From an uncultured virus (IMG/VR IMGVR_UViG_3300025408_000065) (Duplodnaviria; Heunggongvirae; Uroviricota; Caudoviricetes): a stretch of 64,000 nucleotides of DNA. The first letter of the stretch is position 1. Each line of letters opens with the position of its first letter. Shown in pieces: positions 10,262-20,729 of this stretch. The notes under the pieces are model-generated. The model did not search any database. It was given only the letters and a program-made list of their open reading frames with translations, and was not told the origin of the DNA. The stretch is taken from IMG/VR virus record IMGVR_UViG_3300025408_000065, one strand, 5' to 3'. Made by a program: the position numbers and the translations under genes.

Positions 10262-11191
10262 TTATGATGTTACATTGACTAAATCTACTTGATAGGGAAG
10301 ATTTTTCATCTTTAGTCTGCTAAAAAACAAATACACTACACCTAGAGCAACAAAAACGAGTGACATTATTATGTTTACCGGAATATCCATAATCATCAGT
10401 GCATCTCCATATGCACCATTGACTCTCATCGGCTCAATGATTATTCCTCTACCTAAACCGTACCATATCAAATAAAGTCCAAGATTTTCACCTACTTTGA
10501 GCAAACGTTTCTTCTTTAAAATGATCAGTGTGACAAGCATAGATAGGTTCCATAAACCTTCATATAAAAAGGTAGGATGATGAACAACACTACCTAGAGT
10601 CATTTGTTCAACAATGAATTTAGGCAATATGTCAATAACCCAGGCTGATTGAATTGCTGGTCCGTAGGCTTCATGGTTCATGAAATTTCCAAATCTACCA
10701 ACGATTTGTCCAATGAGAAATCCTATCATCAACGTATCTATAAGTGGCAATAATTTAATTTTTTTGATCTTACAAAAAATAGGGACAAAAACTAGAGTGG
10801 TAATGATTGCTCCATGAATTGCTAATCCACCTTTTGAGATATTCATTATGTCCAGAAAAGTCTTATAATGTGGAATTGGATCAAAGAGCACATAATAAAG
10901 TCTAGCTCCTAAAAGTGCTAAAGGTAACCCAATTAAGAGACCGTCATAGATAATATCCTTAGGATAATTTAAACGATTGAGTTCATTCTGACTATAATAT
11001 GCCGCTATAAATACTCCTGTCAAAATGAAAATTGCATACCAATAGATTTGAATGCTACCAAAATCAATTGCTACTCTTGAATAGGGGGCGCTACTCTGGC
11101 TTCCTATCGCAAGAAACAAGACCATCAAAAAGACGTGAATCATAATCATATACTGATGATGTTGATGTTTTGTATTATGATGAGTGTGCAT
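10262..11191 (-). CDS. lgt: Prolipoprotein diacylglyceryl transferase
   Basis: GARLYYV, GGLAIHG, GRFGNFMN.EAYG, HPTFLYE motifs; His-rich N-terminal extension. Confidence 0.93.
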   Translation of the reverse strand: MHTHHNTKHQHHQYMIMIHVFLMVLFLAIGSQSSAPYSRVAIDFGSIQIYWYAIFILTGVFIAAYYSQNELNRLNYPKDIIYDGLLIGLPLALLGARLYYVLFDPIPHYKTFLDIMNISKGGLAIHGAIITTLVFVPIFCKIKKIKLLPLIDTLMIGFLIGQIVGRFGNFMNHEAYGPAIQSAWVIDILPKFIVEQMTLGSVVHHPTFLYEGLWNLSMLVTLIILKKKRLLKVGENLGLYLIWYGLGRGIIIEPMRVNGAYGDALMIMDIPVNIIMSLVFVALGVVYLFFSRLKMKNLPYQVDLVNVTS

Positions 11192-13649
11192 GGACTAACT
11201 CCTTATCAACCTTTAAGAATGACTGTTTTTTTAATCTCAATGAATTATAGATTACATTAAGAGAACTAATTGACATTGCAGCAGCACCAATCATAGGATG
11301 TAATAAACCTAACATCGCAAATGGGATTGCAATCGCATTATAAAACCACGCCCAGAAGTAGTTTTGTTTGATTTTAATAAAGATGGCCTTTGATAATTGA
11401 ATTGATGTGAGTAATGTATGCAACTCACCAGATACTAGAGTGACATCAGCTGCTTCTTTTGCAATATCTGTACCGGTTCCAATTGCAATACCTACATTAG
11501 CTTGCTTAAGCGCTGGTGCATCATTAATACCATCACCGACCATTGCTACTAACCCAAATTCGCTTTGGAGTTTTGATATTTCGTTTACTTTTCCTTCAGG
11601 TAAAACATCAGAGATGATTCTGGTTATACCAGCTTTTTTTGCGATTGCTTGAGCAGTTCTTGAATTGTCTCCAGTAATCATAGCTGTCGTTATACCAAGG
11701 TTTTCGATTGCCCGAATAACATGTACTGCATCAGGTTTTAATGCATCTGCAACAGCAATGATACCAAGTATCTCTATATCATCTGCTAGAATCATCACCG
11801 TTTTAGCTTCATTTTCAAGTTGTTGCATCATTGATTCTAATCCATCATAAGAATGACCAATCGATTTGATTAGTTTTCTGTTACCAAAATAATATGTCTT
11901 ATTTTCTAGAATACCTTTTATACCCATGCCAGATATGGCTTCAAAATCTCTTGGGTTTAATAGCTTTTGATTATTATTTTTTACATCTTCGATAATTGCC
12001 ATTGCTAATGGATGCTCTGATCCTGTTTCAAGTGATCCAGCGACATGCATCATTTGATGTTCACTTATACCTATAGCATGCTTGTCAGTCACTACGGGTT
12101 TCCCATATGTTAACGTGCCAGTTTTATCAAAAGCAATGGCTTTGATATCCTTAAGTGTTTGAACTGCTTCACCGTTGCGAATCAGAATACCTTTTTCTGC
12201 ACCAACACCACTACCCACCATTAATGCTGTAGGTGTTCCCAATCCAAGCGCACATGGACATGCGATAACTAATACTGCTGTTGCTGTAATAAATGCTAAA
12301 GTTAATGGAGTTTGATCTGTGTTAATCCAAGGTAAGATAGGTTCCATATACTCTAAGATACTCAGATGGAAATTTTGAAAAATTAAAAAAGAACTGAACG
12401 TGAGTACTGTTAAAACCATAATTGCTGGCACAAAGTAGGATGTAATTCTGTCTGCAAATTCTTGTATAGGCACTTTGGACCCCTGACAAGCTTCAACCAT
12501 CTCAATAACTTGAGATAAGAATGTTTCTTTACCAACTTTAGTAACTTCTACTTTGAGCAAGCCATCTTTATTAATGGTTGCTCCGATTACATTGTCACCC
12601 ACATGCTTTTTGACCGGCATCGATTCACCTGTTGCAATCGATTCATCAATTAAACTTTTACCTTCAATAATCATTCCGTCTGTTGGTATTTTTTCGCCTG
12701 GTCTAATAATCATGATATCTTTAACACTGAGTTCATTCGTTAAAACTTCGATCTCATTGCCATCGACTAAAATGCGTGCAGTTTTCGCACCTAGTTCCAT
12801 TAATTTTTTGATGGCTTGGGATGCTTTTCCTTTAGCCTTACTTTCCAGGAATTTTCCAATCAAGTGAAATGTCATAATGGTGGTAGCCATTTCAATAAAT
12901 GTTGTTATGGGGAAAAACAACCCTGTGAGACCAATAAGATACGGTGGAATAGACCCTAATGATACAAGCACATCCATATTAGGTTTTAGTGATTTAAGAG
13001 AGTAATAACTTCCTCTGTGCACGTGACGGCCAATGATAAATATGACTGGGAAACCCAGTATGGCAATGATCCAAGTGTATAATGGAATTTCAACAACAAA
13101 CATGTGAATCAGCATGAGTGACATCATCAAAATAGTTATTGTTGAACTCAATTGAACTCTTTTTTTAGCGGAATTCATCTTGAGTGTATCAGGATCAACC
13201 GATTCATCATTTGTTACTTCGAGACTAATCTTATATCCAATGCTTTGGATGCGGTGTTTGATATCACTAAAACGAATGACGCGATCGTCATATTGAATGG
13301 TAACTTTCTCCGTAGCGAGATTAACATGAGCATCAATAATACCATCCATCTTCAACAGTGTATTATCAATACTGTTTGCGCATGTTGCACAACTCATTCC
13401 ATCAACTTTGGCAGTCACAGTCTTATGATTGTTTTCGATAGTAATGAGTTCATATCCTATCCCCTTAACAGCATTCATTGCAAGATTTGAACTAAAACTG
13501 TTATCATCAAATTGAATTGTTGCAGTTTCAGTTGCTAAATTCACAGAAACATCAATGATACCTTCAACTTTTCTTAATGCTTTTTCAACATGGTTGACAC
13601 ACGAAGCACAAGTCATACCATTCACTCGATATTTAATATTACTCGACAT
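11175..13649 (-). CDS. copA: Cu(I)-exporting P1B-1 ATPase
   Basis: Two GMxCxxC HMA domains, CPC, DKTGTLT, YN...P and MSISS motifs. Confidence 0.95.
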   Translation of the reverse strand: MSSNIKYRVNGMTCASCVNHVEKALRKVEGIIDVSVNLATETATIQFDDNSFSSNLAMNAVKGIGYELITIENNHKTVTAKVDGMSCATCANSIDNTLLKMDGIIDAHVNLATEKVTIQYDDRVIRFSDIKHRIQSIGYKISLEVTNDESVDPDTLKMNSAKKRVQLSSTITILMMSLMLIHMFVVEIPLYTWIIAILGFPVIFIIGRHVHRGSYYSLKSLKPNMDVLVSLGSIPPYLIGLTGLFFPITTFIEMATTIMTFHLIGKFLESKAKGKASQAIKKLMELGAKTARILVDGNEIEVLTNELSVKDIMIIRPGEKIPTDGMIIEGKSLIDESIATGESMPVKKHVGDNVIGATINKDGLLKVEVTKVGKETFLSQVIEMVEACQGSKVPIQEFADRITSYFVPAIMVLTVLTFSSFLIFQNFHLSILEYMEPILPWINTDQTPLTLAFITATAVLVIACPCALGLGTPTALMVGSGVGAEKGILIRNGEAVQTLKDIKAIAFDKTGTLTYGKPVVTDKHAIGISEHQMMHVAGSLETGSEHPLAMAIIEDVKNNNQKLLNPRDFEAISGMGIKGILENKTYYFGNRKLIKSIGHSYDGLESMMQQLENEAKTVMILADDIEILGIIAVADALKPDAVHVIRAIENLGITTAMITGDNSRTAQAIAKKAGITRIISDVLPEGKVNEISKLQSEFGLVAMVGDGINDAPALKQANVGIAIGTGTDIAKEAADVTLVSGELHTLLTSIQLSKAIFIKIKQNYFWAWFYNAIAIPFAMLGLLHPMIGAAAMSISSLNVIYNSLRLKKQSFLKVDKELVHAHSS

Positions 13650-13653
13650 TTTA

Positions 13654-13881
13654 TTATTCCTCTTCGATGGTCGTTAAGTATTCGACTTGATATCCTGTTT
13701 GAACAATTGCCTCAAGATACATATTTGAATTGGGTTTTTCCTCTTCAGTCAATACTTTTGCAATATGTGTTGAAAAATTAATATCAACATTGATTGCTCC
13801 AGCCGATTTAAGTGCTGTGGTAATACGATTGATGCACCCGATGCAATGAATATCTCCAATTCTGTAAATGAGTGTTGCCAT
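13654..13881 (-). CDS. copZ: HMA-domain copper chaperone
   Basis: IHCIGC metal motif, 75 aa, upstream of copA. Confidence 0.8.
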   Translation of the reverse strand: MATLIYRIGDIHCIGCINRITTALKSAGAINVDINFSTHIAKVLTEEEKPNSNMYLEAIVQTGYQVEYLTTIEEE

Positions 13882-13900
13882 ATATAATTCCTCCTTTTAC

Positions 13901-13958
13901 TACCCCTCCCGTGGTGGGGTGTCATCTATACTATATCAAACTATTCATTAGATGTCAA
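13901..13958 (-). promoter_or_regulatory. Sigma70 promoter and CsoR operator of copZ-copA-lgt
   Basis: TTGACA(13958-13953)-17bp-TATAGT(13935-13930), then the 20-bp operator copy. Confidence 0.8.
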
Positions 13959-14867
13959 TCCTTCATCTTCTAAATAGTAGATGTGTCTAATTCCATCTGT
14001 GTTTTCTACATAAGCAGTAATATATGTATCCTTTGATAAGATAAGATCATTAACAGTTGTCACAAATCCATTATCATTCAGTGTTTTTGGATAATTTTTA
14101 TCAGGGGAGTTTGGATCAATCCCATGCCGATATGAGCGACTGATAAAATCAGTACAGTAAAATTTATTGTATGTATCTGCCACAAATAGAAAATTATAAA
14201 GTGAACGATTCTTGAGGTGTTGATCAGCATAGTTCATGGTTTGATCAAGTTGATCATCACTGATATTTTTCACTCTTAGCACAACAAATTTTTCCCTATA
14301 ATATGAACCGTAATAAGGGTAAGAGACATCATTTTCACTTCTATAATCTGGTAACATCCAATAATTGATGGATGATTTTCTAACACCGACTGAATACGCA
14401 TGTGTTCCATCTGAAGGATCTGAAATAATTTCGAGGATACTTTCATCATCTTGTGGAAAACCTACAGCTTCAATAAACTGATTATTACCATTATTGAGAG
14501 CCGCATGTCCACCAACAAAAAAGCTCATCAGTTGGTGAAATCCGAGAATGTTTGGAAAAGGGGACTCTTGTGTAACAAAGATGTCGCCTTTTTTCCCCAT
14601 AAAGGGCTCATCTTTTGTTGTATAAAAAAGACTACGTGTATCATCTATCTCATAATCATTTATTCGCTCAATCGGATGATACATCCTTAATTCCTCTATA
14701 CCATTATCAAAAATAATCGTTATGGTTTCTTCTTCTGTACTTCGTTCTTTAAATGCTTCAATATAACGATTGACTTTCACATGTTGATTCAGTCCGTATA
14801 AAAAGATTACTGTCAGTAAAACGAGTACAATAAGGAAAAATTTTTTAACAGCCTTTTTTAATTTCAT
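13941..14867 (-). CDS. Permuted papain-like NlpC/P60 (YiiX/YaeF-like) protein
   Basis: GDIFVT, GGHAAL and FYCTDFISRSY (His before Cys); N-terminal TM; start moved to MKLKK. Confidence 0.75.
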   Translation of the reverse strand: MKLKKAVKKFFLIVLVLLTVIFLYGLNQHVKVNRYIEAFKERSTEEETITIIFDNGIEELRMYHPIERINDYEIDDTRSLFYTTKDEPFMGKKGDIFVTQESPFPNILGFHQLMSFFVGGHAALNNGNNQFIEAVGFPQDDESILEIISDPSDGTHAYSVGVRKSSINYWMLPDYRSENDVSYPYYGSYYREKFVVLRVKNISDDQLDQTMNYADQHLKNRSLYNFLFVADTYNKFYCTDFISRSYRHGIDPNSPDKNYPKTLNDNGFVTTVNDLILSKDTYITAYVENTDGIRHIYYLEDEGLTSNE

Positions 14868-15026
14868 GTTACACACCTCTTTATCATTATATGAAAACAA
14901 TGTGAATAAAATATGAATGTATATAATTTAGGATATTCGATATTTTGTCATCAATATTTAAGAGATTTAGTTTTATTTTTGATGTCGTTTCAAGTATACT
15001 AGAACTAATTTAATGTCTTCAAACAC

Positions 15027-15920
15027 ATGAACGATGAAATGAGGATGACGCAGCTGATGAATACCATCGAGATTTTTAATGTCTATTATTTTTTATATAT
15101 TGGATTTGCAATTGTACTCACATTGCTATCCGTTTTATACCTAGATCATCAATCAATCCGATTCAAAAAAAGATTTATCGTCTCTTTAATTATCATCAAC
15201 TTTGTGGTCCACTTTCTTAAGGTATTTATATATCCTTATACATTGGTCGATCATGTCTGGACAAAAGTCACTTTTGAAAATATTTCAGCAAGTACTGTTT
15301 TATTATTTCCGCTCTTATACATCATAAAGAATCAAACACTTAAAGACTACATGGTCATTATAGGGATTTATGCAGGTTTAATTCCCTTTTTATATCCTGC
15401 AGATGTCATATCTCCTATCTTTAATGGAACCATCTATATTGGAGAAAGACCTGCTTTTTTGTTAGAAAATATAAGATTTTATTTTGCACATTATATGCTC
15501 TTTCTGGTTTCGTTTTTGATGTTAAGATATCAGTTTCATCGCATTTCAGTTAAACGTTTTTATAAAATACCTTTTATTTTTATCGGAGTACTGTTGATTT
15601 TATTTCTCAACGAGTTAGTTATTACATTTTTGGGTGGTGTACCTGTTGAATATCTTTTTGATCCCAGCAAACGTAATCCATCTTTTATTTTTGGAATTAA
15701 GGATGGTTTTGAAGGGTTAAGTACTTTTATGGGTATCCTCGTTCCTCGATTTATGGAAGTGACTCATCCGACATATGGGTTTACTTTTTTCATTCCCGTA
15801 GTTTGGATGATTTTACCGGTTTTGTTTTTTGGTGGAATTTTAGTTATTGTTTTTTATGCAGTATTCGATAAACAATTTTTACATTCTATACATATTAAAA
15901 GGATAGGGAGAAAACGCTAA
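15027..15920 (+). CDS. YwaF-like integral membrane protein
   Basis: Multiple TM helices, HFLK, RFYFAHY, NPSFIFG. Confidence 0.65.
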   Translation: MNDEMRMTQLMNTIEIFNVYYFLYIGFAIVLTLLSVLYLDHQSIRFKKRFIVSLIIINFVVHFLKVFIYPYTLVDHVWTKVTFENISASTVLLFPLLYIIKNQTLKDYMVIIGIYAGLIPFLYPADVISPIFNGTIYIGERPAFLLENIRFYFAHYMLFLVSFLMLRYQFHRISVKRFYKIPFIFIGVLLILFLNELVITFLGGVPVEYLFDPSKRNPSFIFGIKDGFEGLSTFMGILVPRFMEVTHPTYGFTFFIPVVWMILPVLFFGGILVIVFYAVFDKQFLHSIHIKRIGRKR

Positions 15921-15930
15921 GTTAACTTAA

Positions 15931-15979
15931 AAAAAAGTGATTATACCGTGTTGGTTACAAACGGCATAGTCACTTTTTT
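15931..15979. terminator. Bidirectional terminator hairpin
   Basis: AAAAAAGTGATTATACCGT / ACGGCATAGTCACTTTTTT. Confidence 0.7.
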
Positions 15980-16230
15980 CATTATATGTGTTCTCATGAC
16001 ATTAAGACTAGGAACGCAACTTTAGGACATGAACTAAACATGTGTGATCGACGAGTCCCTCGTTGACATAGATTTTTTGATTTTGATTGATGTGTAGATG
16101 GTATCCATGTTTAGTGAATGTATATGAAATATCTTTTAGGTTATACGTTCTTCTTTTTCTAAAATAAGTTAGCGTCAGCCTATGGTATTACAAGTGATAT
16201 TAGAAAAAGCAATGATTAAGTCACTATTAA

Positions 16231-16268
16231 CTTGCTATTCATTGCTTTTTAAGTGATGTATATACTAA
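16231..16268 (+). promoter_or_regulatory. CTTGCTATT-N6-..AGTGAT[AG]TATA motif, copy 1 (upstream of recombinase)
   Basis: Same motif and spacing as the minus-strand copies at 50671-50710 and 58385-58423. Confidence 0.65.
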
Positions 16269-16287
16269 CGAAAGGAGCGGTCAAAAT

Positions 16288-18006
16288 ATGAAAAACAAAA
16301 CCGTAAGAATTATCCAACCAAAAACTCATTACACGTTGGATCAAATCAATAACCCACTTACCAGAAAACGAGTGTGTGCCTATGTACGCGTTTCAACAGA
16401 CAATATAGAACAAAAAACAAGTTACGAAGCACAACGAGATGAATATACACAACGAATAACAAAGAATCCAGATTGGATTTTTGAAGGCATCTACGCTGAT
16501 GAGGGCATCAGTGGGACTAGCACAAAGAACAGAAAGCAATTCAATTTAATGATTGATAAAGCACGTGCTGGACAAATCGATATCATCTTAACAAAGTCGA
16601 TATCCAGGTTCGCAAGAAATACTGTAGATGCACTAAACTACATTAGGGAGTTAAGACAAATTAATGTAGAGATTATATTTGAAAAAGAAAACATTAGTTC
16701 ACTAGATCCTAAAGTAGAATTTCTTCTCACCATCATGTCATCAATGGCACAGGAGGAAGCTAGAAACGTATCAGAAAACGTCAAATGGAATGTTCAAAGA
16801 CGTTTTAGAGAAGGTGTCCCTATTATCAACCACCAACGCTTCTTAGGTTACACAAAGGATAAAAAAGGTGGTAACCTAGTGGTTGTACCTGAAGAGGCGC
16901 AAATTGTTAAACTCATATTCAACCTATACATTAGTGGTGTTGGTCCGGCTAAAATTGCAGAGCAACTCGTTGAGATGGGTGCAAAAACAGGTGCTGGTAA
17001 AACGGAATGGCGACTTTCAACGATTACAACGATTCTAAAAAATGAGAAATACATGGGTGACATGCTGCAACAAAAAACAATCAGTATCGATTACCTGAGT
17101 CATGCAAGAGTCAAGAATACAAATCACGCACCTACTTATTATACAGAAAACAGTCATGAAGCAATCATCGATAGAGAGACTTTTGAACTTGCTCAACGCA
17201 TTAGAAAAGATAGAGCTAAGGTTAGAATTGGCGAGGATAAAAACCTCTCAAAATATAGTAGAACATATCCTTTGACGGCAATGATTATCTGCAGCGAATG
17301 TGGACGAACATTAAAAAGACGTTATTGGAACTACGGTAAGCCATCACAAAGGGTCATGCAACAATGTGGCAGTTACATTGACGGTAAAGCGAATTGTAAC
17401 GCTAAAGCGAGCCGTCAAGATCTTATCGAAGCAACAACAATCCACATGCTTAACAAAGTCTTCTTAAAAGACTTAGATATCATGTCAACCATTCAAAGGG
17501 TTATCAAATCAACCATCAAAGTCGATGATGTCCAAAATATCATTGAAAAGTTAACATTAGAAAGAGATGAAAACGAAATAGCATTATCAAATCTAATTGA
17601 TACTAAGGTAAAAGCACCCGATATTCCAGAATCAATATTTAATGCAAAGTACCGTGAATACTCTGATCGACTTAAAGTTCTAACTGCAGAGATTAACAAA
17701 CTTGAACTTGAACATGTGAAAAACTATGACACCAGAAAACGTATGGATAAAATCAACGAGATTCTAGGTAAAAAGAATCTAGTCATCGATGAACTTGATT
17801 CAGAGATTTTGAGTACATTCATCTATAAAATGATATCCGTAAGTCCAAATGAGATCGTATACTGTATTGCAGGAATCAAGAATTATTCAGACAATGAGTT
17901 CAAAGAACGTCGTTTTGAGTTCTTAAAAACTGAACCAATCATTGTGGAAACATATCACGCGCCTGATGGCTTAGCTAAGATGTTATATCGGGTTGTAGTG
18001 ATATAA
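16288..18006 (+). CDS. Large serine recombinase (resolvase + recombinase + zinc ribbon)
   Basis: YVRVST catalytic motif, KSISRFARN, CSECG zinc ribbon, coiled coil. Confidence 0.95.
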   Translation: MKNKTVRIIQPKTHYTLDQINNPLTRKRVCAYVRVSTDNIEQKTSYEAQRDEYTQRITKNPDWIFEGIYADEGISGTSTKNRKQFNLMIDKARAGQIDIILTKSISRFARNTVDALNYIRELRQINVEIIFEKENISSLDPKVEFLLTIMSSMAQEEARNVSENVKWNVQRRFREGVPIINHQRFLGYTKDKKGGNLVVVPEEAQIVKLIFNLYISGVGPAKIAEQLVEMGAKTGAGKTEWRLSTITTILKNEKYMGDMLQQKTISIDYLSHARVKNTNHAPTYYTENSHEAIIDRETFELAQRIRKDRAKVRIGEDKNLSKYSRTYPLTAMIICSECGRTLKRRYWNYGKPSQRVMQQCGSYIDGKANCNAKASRQDLIEATTIHMLNKVFLKDLDIMSTIQRVIKSTIKVDDVQNIIEKLTLERDENEIALSNLIDTKVKAPDIPESIFNAKYREYSDRLKVLTAEINKLELEHVKNYDTRKRMDKINEILGKKNLVIDELDSEILSTFIYKMISVSPNEIVYCIAGIKNYSDNEFKERRFEFLKTEPIIVETYHAPDGLAKMLYRVVVI

Positions 18007-18110
18007 TTTTTTATCAAATAGATGTTCTCACACTCAAGAAAATATATGCTTAGAGCATAGTTTGATGTTTCCACAATGATTTTGATATGTTTCCACATTG
18101 GGCAAAAACA

Positions 18111-18156
18111 AAAAAAGAAGCATTTAACCCAGTTTTTAAGGGATAAATGCTTCTTG
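18111..18156. terminator. Terminator between recombinase and rlmD tail
   Basis: AAGAAGCATTTAACCC / GGGATAAATGCTTCTT; homologous copy near 20615-20660. Confidence 0.75.
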
Positions 18157-18178
18157 TCTTATTATATGAATGGCTTTG

Positions 18179-18226
18179 TTAAGCAGTTTTTAAAGAAAGC
18201 AATGTGATAGTTTCAACGTGCGTGGA
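18179..18226 (-). pseudogene. Orphan rlmD/rumA 3' end (copy 2)
   Basis: STHVETITLLSLKTA*. Confidence 0.8.
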
Positions 18227-18440
18227 GTTACTCCCATTGCTCGAAAATATGCCAAATATTGTGTATGGGAAACATATTTTTAGCCCATTTATGTTTCCCC
18301 ATTCCGGACTTTTTTAACGTCGGAAACATATTATGCCGAAAATATTGCCTAAATCAGTCTACGTTGAAAAAAACATATTGCTTGCAAAATGAACCCTGTT
18401 TGTATTAAACAAGCATCAATATTTGCTAAAATATGTTTCC
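18219..18440. repeat. att-like junction 3 with multiple ATATGTTTCC motifs
   Basis: Core plus arm; motif copies at 18268, 18290, 18322, 18371, 18431. Confidence 0.85.
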
Positions 18441-18503
18441 CTTTACGTGGTTGTAAACACTTCATAATATCAAAGTACCATATATCAACTTCAATTAGTG
18501 TAA

Positions 18504-19292
18504 TTACTCAAATTTATCTTCATTCATTTGCCAAGTTCCATCTTGACTGAGATTCATCATTTTTAAATAATACTCATTTGGTCTCGAAATGTTATAGTTA
18601 TGTTTTTTACTAATATCATACTCCGAGATTGCAGCTAGATTATATAAACCGACTATATAATCAAGTTGCTTGCTATCATCTATTTTACTGCTGTATATTT
18701 TATGCACTAGCTCTGGCTTGTTTATCAATTCATATACAGAATAATTTCGATCTAATCTTGCGATAACACCGTATAAAAAATCACACATCATATATGTGCC
18801 TTCAAGATATACCTCTACGACTTGATGTCCATGATATGCTTGAAATGGGTTAACTAGAATAGCGATTCTACTTGGCATATCTAAGCATTGTATAATGGCT
18901 GCACCTACTCTAGAAATATCTGTACACCAATCACTACCTCTTTGAATGATTTCTAACTCGGTTCCTCCGAAAATCATTTCTTCAAATGGTGTATTGAATC
19001 TTTCAACTATTTCATTTACAAATTCAATTGTTCTATTAATAGATTCAAGATGATTACCACCTTTTAATTTAAGTGCAATTTCATATAGTTCATGGTTACT
19101 GATATCTTGTGAAACAGCATTTGGGGCTTTATATAGCAATGATTTTGAGTCTTCATCTAGAAAAATCATGTTCTTCAATATCGCATGATCAACTGACCGT
19201 TTATGATGCAAATCATTTCTAAACATATATTCATATGCCTTTCCAAATACTCCATAACCAATATTCTTCTCTGACTTGTTCATGATTTTCAT
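18504..19292 (-). CDS. Transglutaminase-like domain protein
   Basis: Cys-His-Asp triad pattern: WCTDISRV, HQVVEVY, MCD. Confidence 0.75.
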   Translation of the reverse strand: MKIMNKSEKNIGYGVFGKAYEYMFRNDLHHKRSVDHAILKNMIFLDEDSKSLLYKAPNAVSQDISNHELYEIALKLKGGNHLESINRTIEFVNEIVERFNTPFEEMIFGGTELEIIQRGSDWCTDISRVGAAIIQCLDMPSRIAILVNPFQAYHGHQVVEVYLEGTYMMCDFLYGVIARLDRNYSVYELINKPELVHKIYSSKIDDSKQLDYIVGLYNLAAISEYDISKKHNYNISRPNEYYLKMMNLSQDGTWQMNEDKFE

Positions 19293-20338
19293 TCCTTAAC
19301 AAGATTTAGCAACTGCACGTTTTTATAGATAACTTCTTTACCAAATTGTTCAGAAACTATGAAACCTTCTTTTTCAAGAAGTTTTAAATACTTCGTAGCG
19401 GTTGCTCTAGATATATCCAAATTTTCTCTGAAGAACTCATTTTTGGTATACATATAAGAAAACAAATGTTCAACGATTTCATATCGATAAATATCTGGCA
19501 ATCGGTTTTTCATCATGTCTTTTGTTAATTCTATAGATTGGTTAATTCTTAATATGAGATTAATCGTATTTTTAGAAGTTTCAGAAATACCTTTTAAAAT
19601 ATACAAAACAAAATCTTTAATATTTGCTATATCCTCATTACATTTTTTTAGGAGAGTATAGTATTGTTCCTTGTTTTCCATGATGTACTTACTTAAGTAT
19701 AGGATAGGTTCAGATAACTTTTCCTTTAGTACCAAGTATAGGATATTCAATATCCTACCCGTTCTACCATTACCATCATAAAATGGATGGATACTTTCAA
19801 ATTGAAAGTGTATTAGAGCCATTTGAATGAGTGGATCGTTTTCATCGTTTTGATTAATGAATAATTCAAGATTGTGCATGAGTTCACGTATCTCTGTTTC
19901 ATTTTGTGGCGGCGTATGTACAACTTCATTGGTTTTATCGTTTATAATGACTGTTCCGGGCAGTTTTCTTATGCCACCTTTATTCGGTTCGATGACATTT
20001 TGGATTTCTACAAGTATATTTGTACTTATAAATCCTTTTTGTCTCATGACTAATAAACCACGATCTATTGCATGTTTATAATTGATAACTTCTTTAGGCT
20101 TTCCTCCAATAGGTATTTTTGAAACAATCTCCTTAAATATTTCATCATAGGTCGTAATAATATTCTCTATAGCTGATGAGTCTTTTGACTCACTTAAATT
20201 GATTAAACTCAAAATGATTCCAGGATTTGGAAGTATTTTAAGTATACCTTTTAGTTCACCTATATGATGATTTGCAGTATTTAATTCTTTCAATATGTCT
20301 ACTTCATTTAAATCTATATGAAAAGGAAGTTTATTCAC
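19289..20338 (-). CDS. Fic family protein with N-terminal Fic_N domain
   Basis: HPFYDGNGRTGR; SSAIENI inhibitory motif; C-terminal HTH; GTG start after GAGGTG. Confidence 0.92.
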   Translation of the reverse strand: MNKLPFHIDLNEVDILKELNTANHHIGELKGILKILPNPGIILSLINLSESKDSSAIENIITTYDEIFKEIVSKIPIGGKPKEVINYKHAIDRGLLVMRQKGFISTNILVEIQNVIEPNKGGIRKLPGTVIINDKTNEVVHTPPQNETEIRELMHNLELFINQNDENDPLIQMALIHFQFESIHPFYDGNGRTGRILNILYLVLKEKLSEPILYLSKYIMENKEQYYTLLKKCNEDIANIKDFVLYILKGISETSKNTINLILRINQSIELTKDMMKNRLPDIYRYEIVEHLFSYMYTKNEFFRENLDISRATATKYLKLLEKEGFIVSEQFGKEVIYKNVQLLNLVKE

Positions 20339-20450
20339 AAAATCACCTCGTGACCAATAAAATATAATTTTTATCCTCGTAATCATATTATCACAGGAAA
20401 ATAGTCACGTCAAGGCTTCGAGGATATTTTTTTATATATTTTAGTCACGA

Positions 20451-20504
20451 ACCCATTACACACCCGATAAATTGGCAAAAATGTTGTATCGGGTTATAGT
20501 AATA
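20451..20504 (+). pseudogene. 3'-terminal remnant of a second serine recombinase gene
   Basis: THYTPDKLAKMLYRVIVI versus TYHAPDGLAKMLYRVVVI at the end of 16288-18006. Confidence 0.8.
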
Positions 20505-20681
20505 TATTTTTTTAGAGAATTGATGGTTCTCACACTCAAGAAAATATATGCTTAAAGCATAGTTTGATGTTTCCACATTGATTTCGATATGTTTCCATAT
20601 TGTGCAAAAAGCAAAAAAAGAAGCATTTAACCCTATTTGAAGGGATCAGATGCTTCTTGTTCTATTTTATGAATGGCTTTG

Positions 20682-20729
20682 TTAAGTAGTTTTTAAAGAA
20701 AGCAATGTGATACTTTCAACGTGCGTGGA
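20682..20729 (-). pseudogene. Orphan rlmD/rumA 3' end (copy 3)
   Basis: STHVESITLLSLKTT*. Confidence 0.8.

Larger units (their letters stand above)
3911..18228. mobile_element. Copper-resistance genomic island with large serine recombinase
   Basis: Bounded by direct TGCGTGGAGT cores; intact recombinase next to the right core. Confidence 0.75.

Noticed and set aside
8026..13781. Antisense ORFs within copB and copA
   Set aside because: Shadow frames of strongly supported genes; the Met/Val-rich 8026-8235 mirrors the His tract.
15980..16200. Possible gene relic upstream of the recombinase
   Set aside because: Only a short open stretch with no start, RBS or recognisable motif.
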